From a virus, in the UHGV virus genome UHGV-0242872: 45,782 bases of DNA; one strand, 5' to 3'. Shown piece after piece: positions 8,909 through 19,193 of the stretch. A model generated the notes under the pieces. That model saw nothing but the letters and a program-made list of their open reading frames with translations. It was not told the origin of the DNA and did no database searches. The first letter of the stretch is position 1, and each line of letters begins with the position of its first letter. The translations under genes and the position numbers were made by a program.

Positions 8909-9325
8909 ATGAAACTTTCTGATTTTTATTACGAAGCGGAAGCCGAAAAGGGCGCACGTATGCCGATACCGCTAAAAGACGGTACTGATTCCGGGGAATG
9001 GCTTAATGTTGTTTCTCCTGAGGCGGACGTTGCCGTTAAGGCTATGCGCGCGTTCACCCTTGCATACCGGGCAGTATTAGGGAAATTAAAACCGCTTCGT
9101 GATAAGTGCGAAGAGATGAAAGATTTCTCTGAATACAACCTGAAGATGGAAGACGCGGCGACGGACCTTAACCGTCAGTTAGCGATTGAATTGGTTAACG
9201 GGTGGAGCCTTGACGACGAATTCAATAAAGAGAATCTGAACACACTCCTGACGCAATATAAACGACTCGCGGAACTTGTTGTTGTGTTTCATAACGAACA
9301 ACTGCACCAGCTACAGGAAAAGTAG
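8909..9325 (+). CDS. putative tail assembly chaperone (G-like)
   Basis: 138 aa ORF immediately upstream of tape measure gene; ends EK* on the slippery sequence GGAAAAG-TAG. Confidence 0.45.
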   Translation: MKLSDFYYEAEAEKGARMPIPLKDGTDSGEWLNVVSPEADVAVKAMRAFTLAYRAVLGKLKPLRDKCEEMKDFSEYNLKMEDAATDLNRQLAIELVNGWSLDDEFNKENLNTLLTQYKRLAELVVVFHNEQLHQLQEK

Positions 9326-9690
9326 ACGCGTTGCTCCAGTTCGCCCGTTGGAACTTCATAACCCGCCACAAACGGCGGGAATTTGACAGTATCGCCGATG
9401 GGCATAAAGCCGCGCTAATTGCTATGGGGGTTATGCAAGACGCGCCGGATGCAACGCAGGCCGCTGGGCCGGAATGCCCCCCTGAGCTACTAACCACATT
9501 TGAGAAGTACAGGGAAATTAAATTCACCCGCCGAGTGGACGACGACGGCATCAAGATGTACCCGCGCGAGCAATTACGATGGTCAGATTTAGTGGCGTAC
9601 AGCACCGTTTCAGGCCAGAATATAGGGATGTTCGAATCCGACATCATCATGAGCTTAGACGCTATTTTCGAGGGTAGAAACGATGGCTGA
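9322..9690 (+). CDS. putative -1 frameshift extension of tail assembly chaperone (GT-like)
   Basis: -1 frame is open only from 9295 and runs to 9690, overlapping the tape measure start; candidate slip at A-AAG (9319-9322) before stop TAG. Confidence 0.35.
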   Translation, partial: VDALLQFARWNFITRHKRREFDSIADGHKAALIAMGVMQDAPDATQAAGPECPPELLTTFEKYREIKFTRRVDDDGIKMYPREQLRWSDLVAYSTVSGQNIGMFESDIIMSLDAIFEGRNDG

Positions 9691-12022
9691 TGTAGCTAGT
9701 TTAGTAGTAAAAGTAACAGAGCAAGGCGCGAAAGCCACATCAGACCGTCTTGACAACCTTTCAAAGTCCGCAAAAGTAGCGGGGGCCGCCGTAGCAGGCC
9801 TTGCTTCTATCGTAGCGGCTACCGCGTATAAAGCTGCCCAAGAACTGGTTGACTCACAGCGGCAACTGGACAAGATGTCCGCCAGTTTGAAGACCTTAAC
9901 AGGAAGTACCCAAGGTGCTAAACAGGCGCTAAGTATCCTGCAAGATTTTGCCCGCGATACCCCATACGGACTGGAGCAGGCGGTGGAAGGCTTCCGTAAG
10001 CTGGTGGCCCTTGGCCTTACCCCATCCGAGGAGGCGTTGCGGTCCTACGGCAATACCGCATCGGCTATGGGCAAGGACCTTAATCAGATGATTGAGGCGG
10101 TAGCCGACGCCAGTACGTTTGAGTTCGAACGCCTAAAAGAATTCGGCATCAAAGCCAAGCAGAACAAAAACGACGTAGAGTTTACATTCCAGGGGACAAC
10201 AACCGTAGTTAAGAAAAGCGCTGCCGATATTGAGCAGTATTTACTTAATATTGGTAACGTAAATTTTGCCGGTGCCATGGCGGACCAGGCCAACACCCTT
10301 AATGGCGCTATCGCGAGCGCCAGTGACTCATGGTCGCAGCTAAAAATGACGCTTGCCACCAGTCTTGATGTTGGCGCACTTGCGGAACCTATCAGGTATA
10401 TCGATGACTTGATCCAGGAATTAAATGCGTCTGTTGCTTCCGGTGAATTAGCCGCTGAAATGCAGATGTGGGGCGACATAGCGTCGGAAGTAGGAAGCGC
10501 TATCGAGATGTCATTCGACGCTGCGTTTGGCTTTGTTGGTGATGCCATCAACGGGCTTAATGAACTGTGGGATTTCAGCAGCAAGAGTATTACCGATAGC
10601 GGAGAACAAACGGCCACCACCATCGCTGAATCCGCCGCCGATGCTCTTGACTTCATCGCGGAAGAGTTCACCGCGATGGAGAGATTCTTTGAAGATATGG
10701 TTAAAGGTGCTCAGGACGCTGGCCGTCTTGTACGCGCCGCTTTTACCCCCGGGGAATCAGTAGACGTAGCTAAAAATATCAACTTCCAGCTTGGCATGGC
10801 TTTGGATACCCAGCGCGATGTCGCCGACGTTACGCGTAAAAGTTTCCGCGAACAGGTAGAAGCTCAACAGGATATTGTAGCGTTAAAACGCGCGGCGTAT
10901 GACATCGATAAGGAGTCCGCAAAAGCTGAGGGGTTAAACAAATTTAAGGTAACCGGAACCGGCGGCGGTTCTGACGATGACGGGTCAGCCGCAAAAGCCG
11001 CTAAGAAAGCAGCGGACGCGTTCGAGCGCCAGAAAAAGGCGGCGGAAGACTTCTACTATCAGTCAATCCATCTTAATGATGACGTATTTCAGAAAATAGA
11101 AGCTAACCAGGAAGAGCAACTGTCTAAGTTGCAGGATTTTTATAGCAATAAGCTTCTTAGCGACCAACAGTACGAAAACGCCAAGACGCAGATTATGCTC
11201 TCTGCCGAACAGGCCCGCCAGGAAGAACTGGACAAGAAAAGGAAAGAAGCCCAGGAGAAGCAGCAGAAAGGTGATGATTTCATGGCTCAGATTATGGGCC
11301 AGAACGCCGCTGAGCTTGAGCTTCTTAACATTCAGGAACAGCAGAAACTGTCGGTAGCAGATAAGTACCGCGAGCAGGGTTTGATTAGTGAGAAGCAGTA
11401 TCAGGCCGCGCTTAACGCCATCAACGAGCAGTACGCAACCAAGCGTGCCGACGCAACGGCAACAGCTTTCGGTAACATGGCCTCAAACATCGGGTCTGCG
11501 TTGGGCGAGGCTTCTGGCGCGTATAAGGCATTCGCTATCGTACAGGCTACTATAGCCACGTACACCGCAGCTATTGAGGCATACAAGTCAACGGCCGCTA
11601 TCCCTGTAGTTGGCCCGTTCCTGGCCCCTGTAGCCGCTGCCGCTGCCGTCGGGGCAGGTATGGCGCAGATTTCCGCTATCAGGTCAGCACGTGAACAGGG
11701 TGGACAGTTATCCGCCGGGCAGGCTTCCACCATCGCTGAACGCGGTAAACCCGAAGTTATCATGCCCGCTGGCGCATCGCGTGTGCGCACCGCGCAGCAG
11801 ATGAAAGAAATTATGGGGCAAAACGGGTCTTCTTCCGGCCCATCTAATGTTACCATTGTAAATAATACATCGAGTCAGATTGGCAACGTATCCACCGAGC
11901 AGGATGATGAAGGCCGTCTGCGTATCATCATAGAAGAGCAAGTTGCTGCATCTTTGCAGAACAGCAACAGTAAGATTAGCAAGGCCCGCAAGGCCACAAG
12001 AAACGCGCCGGGGTTTAAATAA
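9683..12022 (+). CDS. tail tape measure protein
   Basis: 779 aa, long helical low-complexity protein in canonical position. Confidence 0.85.
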   Translation: MADVASLVVKVTEQGAKATSDRLDNLSKSAKVAGAAVAGLASIVAATAYKAAQELVDSQRQLDKMSASLKTLTGSTQGAKQALSILQDFARDTPYGLEQAVEGFRKLVALGLTPSEEALRSYGNTASAMGKDLNQMIEAVADASTFEFERLKEFGIKAKQNKNDVEFTFQGTTTVVKKSAADIEQYLLNIGNVNFAGAMADQANTLNGAIASASDSWSQLKMTLATSLDVGALAEPIRYIDDLIQELNASVASGELAAEMQMWGDIASEVGSAIEMSFDAAFGFVGDAINGLNELWDFSSKSITDSGEQTATTIAESAADALDFIAEEFTAMERFFEDMVKGAQDAGRLVRAAFTPGESVDVAKNINFQLGMALDTQRDVADVTRKSFREQVEAQQDIVALKRAAYDIDKESAKAEGLNKFKVTGTGGGSDDDGSAAKAAKKAADAFERQKKAAEDFYYQSIHLNDDVFQKIEANQEEQLSKLQDFYSNKLLSDQQYENAKTQIMLSAEQARQEELDKKRKEAQEKQQKGDDFMAQIMGQNAAELELLNIQEQQKLSVADKYREQGLISEKQYQAALNAINEQYATKRADATATAFGNMASNIGSALGEASGAYKAFAIVQATIATYTAAIEAYKSTAAIPVVGPFLAPVAAAAAVGAGMAQISAIRSAREQGGQLSAGQASTIAERGKPEVIMPAGASRVRTAQQMKEIMGQNGSSSGPSNVTIVNNTSSQIGNVSTEQDDEGRLRIIIEEQVAASLQNSNSKISKARKATRNAPGFK

Positions 12023-13440
12023 TGAGCGACTTATACTTTCCACGTAGCCTTAAGCCGGTGGTATCAAAAGGCTACTCAATGACCAGACGTAACAACGTCT
12101 GGAGTGTAGATTTAGCGGGCGGCGGGGTGCGTCAGGGGCGCGACACGTATTACGACGTGTTCCCGATAAGCGTAACTCTGATTACATCGGCATTGGGGCG
12201 GCAGGCGTTTCTGTCGTTCCTAGAAAAAGTAGACGGCGGTGCGTCAAGTTTCTGGATGGCGCACGACTTCGGCATGGGTATTGAGGATTATCAAGTCACC
12301 ATTACATCCACCGTCGCCGAGTCCACCGAAGACGGGATTAACTGGACAATTACTTTCACGGCAACCGCTGAGAAATCACCGTTCCAGGACCTCGAGAACC
12401 AGTGTCTGATTAACAATCTGCCAGATTTGTATGGCTGTTATGGTGATTGCCTGGGCAGTTTCCTGAAAATATACGCGAACTATGAAACGACGTTCCCGCG
12501 TATCTGGAGTGACGAAGGCCCCGCCGGTTATCCGCCGATTAACCTTCTGGCGTCGACTCTTGATAGCCGCATTGTTTACGATGGGCCACAGGTTTACTAC
12601 ATCAACCGAAATGGCAATCTTGTGCGGTCAGCCGCCAATGAATGGCCTCTTACGTTTATCGATGGGGTTGCGGTTGGGCGTGTGCCGCCAGAAGGCGGTT
12701 CTATTAACTACCAGATAGGTGGATTAGGTATTGGGTGGGTAAGTAGTTTCAACCGTATACCCCTAACATCAACAGAGGACAGTGTATACCAAGGCAACCT
12801 GGCGGGCGCAGTCACCCCAACAACAGAAAATAACAGCCATTTCTTGTATGCCAAATCGCTAGGGGATTCAGTAATAGATGTTGGGGAAACATATACTGCT
12901 ACGGTAATTCTTAAGGCGAATGGTGTCCAGTTTATTCAGGTTTATTGGAACGCAGGTAGCACAGGGATTTCATCGCGCTACTCTAATTTCGACCTTATTA
13001 ATAAAGCTGTATCAGGCACGGCGACATCGGCTTTCATAACTGAAATATCCGATGGGTGGGTTCTATGCTCAACTACCACAATCGCGACGGGGGACGGTTC
13101 TTCGCTATCCTCCATGTCGGTGGCAAGCATACCGTCTATGGCGTCTACCAGACTCCCGTCTTACGCATCGGATGGAGAATCTTCTTTTTCAGTTGCGTCC
13201 GCTCAGGTTGAAAAAAACCCATTCGCCACGTCACCGATAGTAACTGACGCATCACCATCCGCACGCCAAACGGCGTCAGCAAAGGTAGTAATGAGCGGAG
13301 CCGCAAGTATTGACATCACCTATTCCGACGGCACTGTGGTAAACGTTCCGTCTGTAGATGATTACGCGACTATCCCTCAGGCCGATTCTGCGTGGGGTAG
13401 TAAATATATCACTCGTATTGATTTTAATGTGGACGGTTAA
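12022..13440 (+). CDS. minor tail protein (distal tail, M-like)
   Basis: 472 aa, ATG overlapping tape measure stop. Confidence 0.45.
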   Translation: MSDLYFPRSLKPVVSKGYSMTRRNNVWSVDLAGGGVRQGRDTYYDVFPISVTLITSALGRQAFLSFLEKVDGGASSFWMAHDFGMGIEDYQVTITSTVAESTEDGINWTITFTATAEKSPFQDLENQCLINNLPDLYGCYGDCLGSFLKIYANYETTFPRIWSDEGPAGYPPINLLASTLDSRIVYDGPQVYYINRNGNLVRSAANEWPLTFIDGVAVGRVPPEGGSINYQIGGLGIGWVSSFNRIPLTSTEDSVYQGNLAGAVTPTTENNSHFLYAKSLGDSVIDVGETYTATVILKANGVQFIQVYWNAGSTGISSRYSNFDLINKAVSGTATSAFITEISDGWVLCSTTTIATGDGSSLSSMSVASIPSMASTRLPSYASDGESSFSVASAQVEKNPFATSPIVTDASPSARQTASAKVVMSGAASIDITYSDGTVVNVPSVDDYATIPQADSAWGSKYITRIDFNVDG

Positions 13441-13443
13441 CTT

Positions 13444-13959
13444 ATGAGTCAGGAATCAGTAGAAGCCGCCTATCGCCGTAAACTGGCATCTAACCCAGAC
13501 GGCGAACTGGATTACATTACGTTGCAAATCAGCCACCCGTTGCTGTCAAAGACGTACTATCTTGTGCGCGGGCTACAGGAACTTACGGCAACGCTGGAGA
13601 CGGGAGAAACAATCACGTTCGAACCTACTCCTATGGAAGCGTCGGGTGCGGCTAACAACAGTGATATGGACCAGACGACGACATTTACTTTACCGGATAT
13701 TCTCAATCAACTTGACGATGAGATGGATAAAATCCCGATGAGCAATACCGAGTTGCCGAAGTTCGTCTTCCGCCGTTACGTCAGCACCGACCTGTCTTAC
13801 CCGGCGGATGGCCCTGTCGTGTACGAGTTACAGGCCATCAACCAGGAGAAGGGCGAGTTCTCTGCGGATGTCGGTACACCTATGCTGAACCAACGAAGCA
13901 CTGGTATACTGATGACACCTAAAGAGATACCGTTATTACGCGGCCTGTTGACTACATGA
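13444..13959 (+). CDS. minor tail protein (L-like)
   Basis: 171 aa in the tail tip cluster. Confidence 0.4.
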   Translation: MSQESVEAAYRRKLASNPDGELDYITLQISHPLLSKTYYLVRGLQELTATLETGETITFEPTPMEASGAANNSDMDQTTTFTLPDILNQLDDEMDKIPMSNTELPKFVFRRYVSTDLSYPADGPVVYELQAINQEKGEFSADVGTPMLNQRSTGILMTPKEIPLLRGLLTT

Positions 13960-14321
13960 ATATTAACGACTACACGGGAATACCTTACGACTTTCGCAAA
14001 CGTAATTGCTGGCATCACGTGCGCATTGTCCGCGCGGATGCCGGGTTAGAAACCCCAGCGTTCGACGTTGCAAGCCCAACGGCGATTAACGAAGCGTTCG
14101 ACGAAGGACATCGCAACACGAAGGGACTTACAAAAATTGATAAGCCTGAAAACTTCTGTGCGGTGCTTATGGGGTATCGCCGCGGCGGTCGTATCGTGTG
14201 GCACGCGGGAGTTTACTTCGACGGGATGGTGAGTCATTGCGAGCTTGCGTCCCGTCAGGTACGACTTGACCGGCTGGCGGACCTCAGAGACACGTACACG
14301 GAGATTGAATTTTGGCGATAA
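13956..14321 (+). CDS. tail assembly protein, NlpC/P60-like (K-like)
   Basis: candidate Cys/His catalytic residues in NCWHH and HAGVY; ATGA overlap. Confidence 0.45.
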   Translation: MNINDYTGIPYDFRKRNCWHHVRIVRADAGLETPAFDVASPTAINEAFDEGHRNTKGLTKIDKPENFCAVLMGYRRGGRIVWHAGVYFDGMVSHCELASRQVRLDRLADLRDTYTEIEFWR

Positions 14322-16879
14322 TCCTGCACTACACGCGAAATGCCGACGGGGCTTTCGACCGTACAAAACACGTCGGGATGCCGATAGATTTTGTCGTTAA
14401 CCATATTCCTGACGGGGTGCCTGCGCGCGTCTACCTCGGCGAGATTGGCGATGATACTGATGTTACAGACGACTTCGAAGCGCTTAAAGACGAAGACGCC
14501 GTGTATCATATTATAGAGGGTGCTGGCGGCGGCATCGGCGACGCTATCGGTAGTGTATTCAGTTTCATCCTTAAGCCAATTGCCAAATTGTTCGGGCTAA
14601 ACACAGCAGCTAACGCTAATTATTCCGCTACCAACAATCAGGCTACGTCGCCTAACAACAGTCTTACTGACCGCTCAAACAAGCCACGACCTTACGAGCG
14701 TTCTTATGATATCTGCGGGACAGTGCAGACCATCCCCAATGACCTGATGCAAACATATAAGGTGTTTAATGCCTCTGGGGTACTTATTGAATATGCGTAC
14801 TATGACGCCGGTCGAGGGTATCTGCATATTGAGGAAGACGGTGTAACTGAGGCAGATACCCGAATCAGCGAGATAACTGGCTCGTCAGTGGCGGTGTATT
14901 CCCCTTACACTTCGCCGAATAACACCAACGCCCCACAATTGCATATTGGCGACCCGATAGACCAGAAATTGTACGTTACATTTAAAAACGCCGATGTCGA
15001 TGGCGCTGTTCTTCCCGCCCCTAATGATATCGCTATAGACGTGCAGGACTACACTGTCCAGCGGCAGGGAACAACCGGCGTTGTAGTAGGCGATGACGCT
15101 GGTTTCGATGAGTTTTTGGCGGTCGGGGACCTGGCATACTTCGATAACGTATATGCGGATACAACCCCAGGGTCTTTGGGTAATGAGGTTAACCTGGACG
15201 GGAGGTACACGGTTCTTTCTGTTAGTGAAACGACCCTTATTGTGGACGTCAGTACAAATCAATCAATATGGAACCAGCTAGGGTCATCGGTGTGGTTTAT
15301 AGGTGAAGAGGGTAACCATCTTATAGGCCCGGCGGACACTTACGCGGCTTCTCTCTCTGAATGGGCGTACATCACCCGCGGTACTGTCGACCGTGTTGTA
15401 GCCAATGTCGCCGCCAGCAACGGCATGTATAAATACAACGGCGACTATAACCGCGCTTCAGTGACAGTGGAACTGCAATACCAGATGGTTGATGAGCTGA
15501 AACAGCCTGTAGGTGATATATTTACTGTACAAGGAACCGTAACAGGCCGGAACACGGATTACACAGGTATTACTCTTTACGGAAGTTTACCAACTGCTTC
15601 CAGATTCCGCGCCCGTATGCGTCGTGTTTCCGACACCGATAAAGATTTTGAAGGTACTGTTAGTGATGAGGTTACTTTCACTAATCTGTACGGGCAGTCA
15701 CTGGACACAACACCGCACTACGGCAACCGCACTACCGTACACTGCGCTCGTAAACAAACGCCACGTGCCGCGGAGGTGTCAGAACCGGAACTACGCATGA
15801 TAGCAACCGAGATGTGTTACAAATACTTAGGTAACGGCATATTCGATACGGTAATGTCCCCAAATACGCAGGCAGTGCAATCACTAATCAGACTTGCTCG
15901 CGACCCGGCGGTAGGTAATCTGGAACTGACAACGGCAAACATGGACAAGTTACTTGCCGTGCAGGAAGAAATTGAGTCGTATTTTGGCAGTGAATTAGCC
16001 GGGCAGTTCTGCTACACATTCGACGACTACGACACAACCATGCAAGACATCGTTCAGACCATCGCGGAAGCCGTGTTTTGTACGGCATACCGTAAAGGTG
16101 CTGATATTATGCTGCGATTCGACCGTCCTGTTGCGGGGCCTGAGATGGTTTTCACCCACCGCAGCAAAACGACCGGTACGGAGAAATGGACGCGCACGTT
16201 CAACGATTCGACAACCTATGATAGCCTGTCGTTCTCATACATCGACCCGGATACTAACGTACAGGAAACGATTTATATCCCGGAAGAACTCGGAGCAAAC
16301 ACCGAGGAATATGAATCGAAGGGCGTACGTAACTATCAGCAGGCATATTGGCTGGCGTGGCGTCGCTACCAGCGCAACGCGTTAAGTAAAGTTGTCGTAG
16401 AGTTCGAAGCTACCGAAGAGGGTGCACTCGCTACACCGGGTGGTGTAATCAGCGTGGTTAAAGGTTCACGTATCGCGCCTCAGGATGGTTATGTTGTTGC
16501 CGTTAATGGGCTTACGCTGACACTGTCTCAGCCAGTTACGTTTACCCCCGGAGACGACCACTCCATCATTCTTAAGAAGCGCGATGGCTCTGTGCAGAGT
16601 ATCTCTGTTATCAAAGGAAGCCATGACCGCGAAGTGATTATGCTCTCTGCGCCGGAGGAGGCAATCTACACGGGGAATAGCGCACTAAAAACTGAGTTTT
16701 CATTCGGCAACGAAGCAAGGCATAATGCCCAGAAGATAGTTGTTTCTTCAATCGACCCGGGCGACGACCGCACGGTCAAGATTACTGGTTACAACTATGA
16801 CGACGGATTCTATAAATACGACGGCGTCGCGCCATACGGCAGCGGTTTCTCCGACGGATTCAGCAATGGTTTTAATTAA
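14312..16879 (+). CDS. tail tip / host-specificity protein (J-like)
   Basis: 855 aa; TTG start with GGAG SD 8 nt upstream; largest tail tip component. Confidence 0.5.
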   Translation: MAIILHYTRNADGAFDRTKHVGMPIDFVVNHIPDGVPARVYLGEIGDDTDVTDDFEALKDEDAVYHIIEGAGGGIGDAIGSVFSFILKPIAKLFGLNTAANANYSATNNQATSPNNSLTDRSNKPRPYERSYDICGTVQTIPNDLMQTYKVFNASGVLIEYAYYDAGRGYLHIEEDGVTEADTRISEITGSSVAVYSPYTSPNNTNAPQLHIGDPIDQKLYVTFKNADVDGAVLPAPNDIAIDVQDYTVQRQGTTGVVVGDDAGFDEFLAVGDLAYFDNVYADTTPGSLGNEVNLDGRYTVLSVSETTLIVDVSTNQSIWNQLGSSVWFIGEEGNHLIGPADTYAASLSEWAYITRGTVDRVVANVAASNGMYKYNGDYNRASVTVELQYQMVDELKQPVGDIFTVQGTVTGRNTDYTGITLYGSLPTASRFRARMRRVSDTDKDFEGTVSDEVTFTNLYGQSLDTTPHYGNRTTVHCARKQTPRAAEVSEPELRMIATEMCYKYLGNGIFDTVMSPNTQAVQSLIRLARDPAVGNLELTTANMDKLLAVQEEIESYFGSELAGQFCYTFDDYDTTMQDIVQTIAEAVFCTAYRKGADIMLRFDRPVAGPEMVFTHRSKTTGTEKWTRTFNDSTTYDSLSFSYIDPDTNVQETIYIPEELGANTEEYESKGVRNYQQAYWLAWRRYQRNALSKVVVEFEATEEGALATPGGVISVVKGSRIAPQDGYVVAVNGLTLTLSQPVTFTPGDDHSIILKKRDGSVQSISVIKGSHDREVIMLSAPEEAIYTGNSALKTEFSFGNEARHNAQKIVVSSIDPGDDRTVKITGYNYDDGFYKYDGVAPYGSGFSDGFSNGFN

Positions 16880-16891
16880 AGAGGACTCTAT

Positions 16892-19027
16892 ATGTCAAGC
16901 GGATGCGGTGACGTTTTAAGCCTGGCGGATTTACAAACCGCCAAGAAACACCAGATTTTCGAAGCCGAGGTTATCACCGGTAAATCCGGCGGTGTTGCAG
17001 GGGGTGCGGATATTGATTACGCAACTAACCCGGTTACGGGACAGATGCAGAAGACCATGCCTGCGATATTGAGAGATATTGGATTTGAACCCGCTTCTTT
17101 CGACTTCACCACGGGCGGTACATTAACTACGGGTGACCGCAATAAGGCGGTCCTTTGGACTTTAGCCTCTGGGGGTGACGGGGACTGGTACTATTGGGAG
17201 GGCGCGCTGCCGAAGGTTATCCCGGCCGCATCAACTCCTTCGTCTACTGGTGGTGTCGCTGAGGGGGCCTGGCGTCCTGTCGGGGATATTCAACTACGCG
17301 CCCAGCTTGCGTCTAGCGATGACGTGTTTGGCGACATGTTGGTTGCGGTTAAACAGCCGTACGATGGTTCTGTACCCCAAACGCAACACAATAAAAACTC
17401 CCGAATCCTAGACCTTTACGATTTCAACGGCCTACCATCCAATGCCGATAACACATCTGCATTGAATTCGGCCTTATCTGCCATTAACTCTATGGACGGC
17501 GGCTTGCTGCGTATTAATATTCCTGGTGTTTATCTCATATCAGGGACGATAACTGTTTACGCAAACACACATATAGTCATGGATGATGGTGTTGTTATTC
17601 GCCGAAACTACACAACAGGCGATAGTATGGTGAACCTTGCCCACAATTCTGCTAGCAATGTCACTATCTCCGGCGGAGAGTTCGATGGCAACGCGCAAAA
17701 CATGGGCGATACCGCCTTCAATATTATCTCTAGCACACTGAATACCGACCTCAAGTTTATAGGGGTTAAGTTCAGTAATGTTTGTGACTACCACTGCATC
17801 GACATCGCCGGATGGAAGCGCGTTGTCATTCGGGACTGCGTCTTTTCGGGATTCAAGTTAGTAGACCCATCACGAAACTATTCGGAAGCCATCCAGCTAG
17901 ACCCAGGTGGTATAAGCATCGGCACACCGACACAATGTAACGATTTGACAGTAGACAACTGCATCGTCATGCCAAACGCAAACTCTTCGCTCGGCAGTTT
18001 TGGCGCTTTGGTTGGAAATCACGCCAACTCATACGGCATACAGGATAACAATATAAAAATAATCAATAACACCACAGAGGGGTGTCTTTTTGCCGGTGTT
18101 AGGGTTTTCAACTGGAGAAACTACCTTATTGCGGGTAATACATTCAGGGACTCTACCGGGCGCGGTGTGCATGTAACGCCGTATCCAAACTCAACTAAAC
18201 CGCAGGGTTCGCGCCACGGTCGCATCGTAAACAATAATTTTATAAATGTACGCAACCCCGTGCTATTGGCAGCAGCTACCTGGCCCTTCACGGATGCCTC
18301 CGATGTTTGGCATGATTACATAGAGATAGTCAACAACTCCATGGAACTAAGTGAGACGCTCGCCTATGGGATAGATGCAAGATGGTGCCGTAATATCGTC
18401 GTATCGGGTAATACCGGTTCGGGTGGGTTGGGGCTTATGTCTATGAGGTTCCCTAATAAGTTCTCCGTGAAAAACAATACCTGGTCTAACGCTGCGAATA
18501 ATGGTATTTGGATTGCCGAGACAGATGCGACAACATTCATAGGAACTGGGCTGACGGCATTAGGCACTATAGAGGGGAATGTTTTCGACAATATCGCCTA
18601 CAATGGCATACATATTAACTGCAAGGCTAACGGCGTTACTATTCGCGGCAACACCATGAACGGTGTCTCTACGGTGGCAACATCCCGCTCCGGCATAACT
18701 ATAGACTCTGCCGCGAGCAACGTCATAATATCAAACAATTGCATCATGGATAATGGTGCGTCGATAAAACCGAACGTTGGTATCGTTGCGACAGCTACAT
18801 GCACAAATGTGCATATGGTGGATAACATCTCCTACGGAGGTGTTTCCCCTATAAATAACCAAGCCACAGGGAATAGCGTGCTCGTGCATACCGGACCAAA
18901 TTCACCGATAACAGCAGGCATTGGTGCCCCGGTTGGGTCACAGTACCGTAGAGTAGATGGGTCCACCTCAACTAGTTTTTACGTCAAAGAGTCAGGAACA
19001 AACTCTATTGGTTGGGTTGCTAAATAA
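16892..19027 (+). CDS. tailspike protein with right-handed beta-helix (depolymerase-like)
   Basis: 711 aa; repeated beta-helix rungs (ISGGEFDGN, IAGNTFRDS, VVSGNTGSG, IEGNVFDN, IRGNTMNG, ISNNCIMDN). Confidence 0.8.
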   Translation: MSSGCGDVLSLADLQTAKKHQIFEAEVITGKSGGVAGGADIDYATNPVTGQMQKTMPAILRDIGFEPASFDFTTGGTLTTGDRNKAVLWTLASGGDGDWYYWEGALPKVIPAASTPSSTGGVAEGAWRPVGDIQLRAQLASSDDVFGDMLVAVKQPYDGSVPQTQHNKNSRILDLYDFNGLPSNADNTSALNSALSAINSMDGGLLRINIPGVYLISGTITVYANTHIVMDDGVVIRRNYTTGDSMVNLAHNSASNVTISGGEFDGNAQNMGDTAFNIISSTLNTDLKFIGVKFSNVCDYHCIDIAGWKRVVIRDCVFSGFKLVDPSRNYSEAIQLDPGGISIGTPTQCNDLTVDNCIVMPNANSSLGSFGALVGNHANSYGIQDNNIKIINNTTEGCLFAGVRVFNWRNYLIAGNTFRDSTGRGVHVTPYPNSTKPQGSRHGRIVNNNFINVRNPVLLAAATWPFTDASDVWHDYIEIVNNSMELSETLAYGIDARWCRNIVVSGNTGSGGLGLMSMRFPNKFSVKNNTWSNAANNGIWIAETDATTFIGTGLTALGTIEGNVFDNIAYNGIHINCKANGVTIRGNTMNGVSTVATSRSGITIDSAASNVIISNNCIMDNGASIKPNVGIVATATCTNVHMVDNISYGGVSPINNQATGNSVLVHTGPNSPITAGIGAPVGSQYRRVDGSTSTSFYVKESGTNSIGWVAK

Positions 19028-19031
19028 AACT

Positions 19032-19058
19032 AAGGCCCCAAACGGGGCCTTTTCTCTA
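19032..19058. terminator. bidirectional intrinsic terminator
   Basis: AAGGCCCC-AAAC-GGGGCCTT hairpin with T-run; closes structural operon and leftward early operon. Confidence 0.75.
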
Positions 19059-19193
19059 CTCTTCTGATAACTTCTCCAGTACAAACGCCAGTTGCGCATT
19101 AGCGGCGTCTCTTTGCTGGCGTAGTCGTAGAACCTCCTCTTCGAGTTCCTTGATACGTTTTTGCAATGCCGGAATCGGGGCTATGATGTTCAT
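19056..19193 (-). CDS. small coiled-coil protein (45 aa)
   Basis: ATG 19193 overlaps helicase stop (ATGA); translation MNIIAPIPALQKRIKELEEEVLRLRQQ... Confidence 0.35.
   Translation of the reverse strand: MNIIAPIPALQKRIKELEEEVLRLRQQRDAANAQLAFVLEKLSEE

Noticed and set aside
9222-9650. 142-aa minus-strand ORF opposite the tail chaperone genes
   Set aside because: Antisense to the G/GT region in the middle of a plus-strand operon; no initiation signals.
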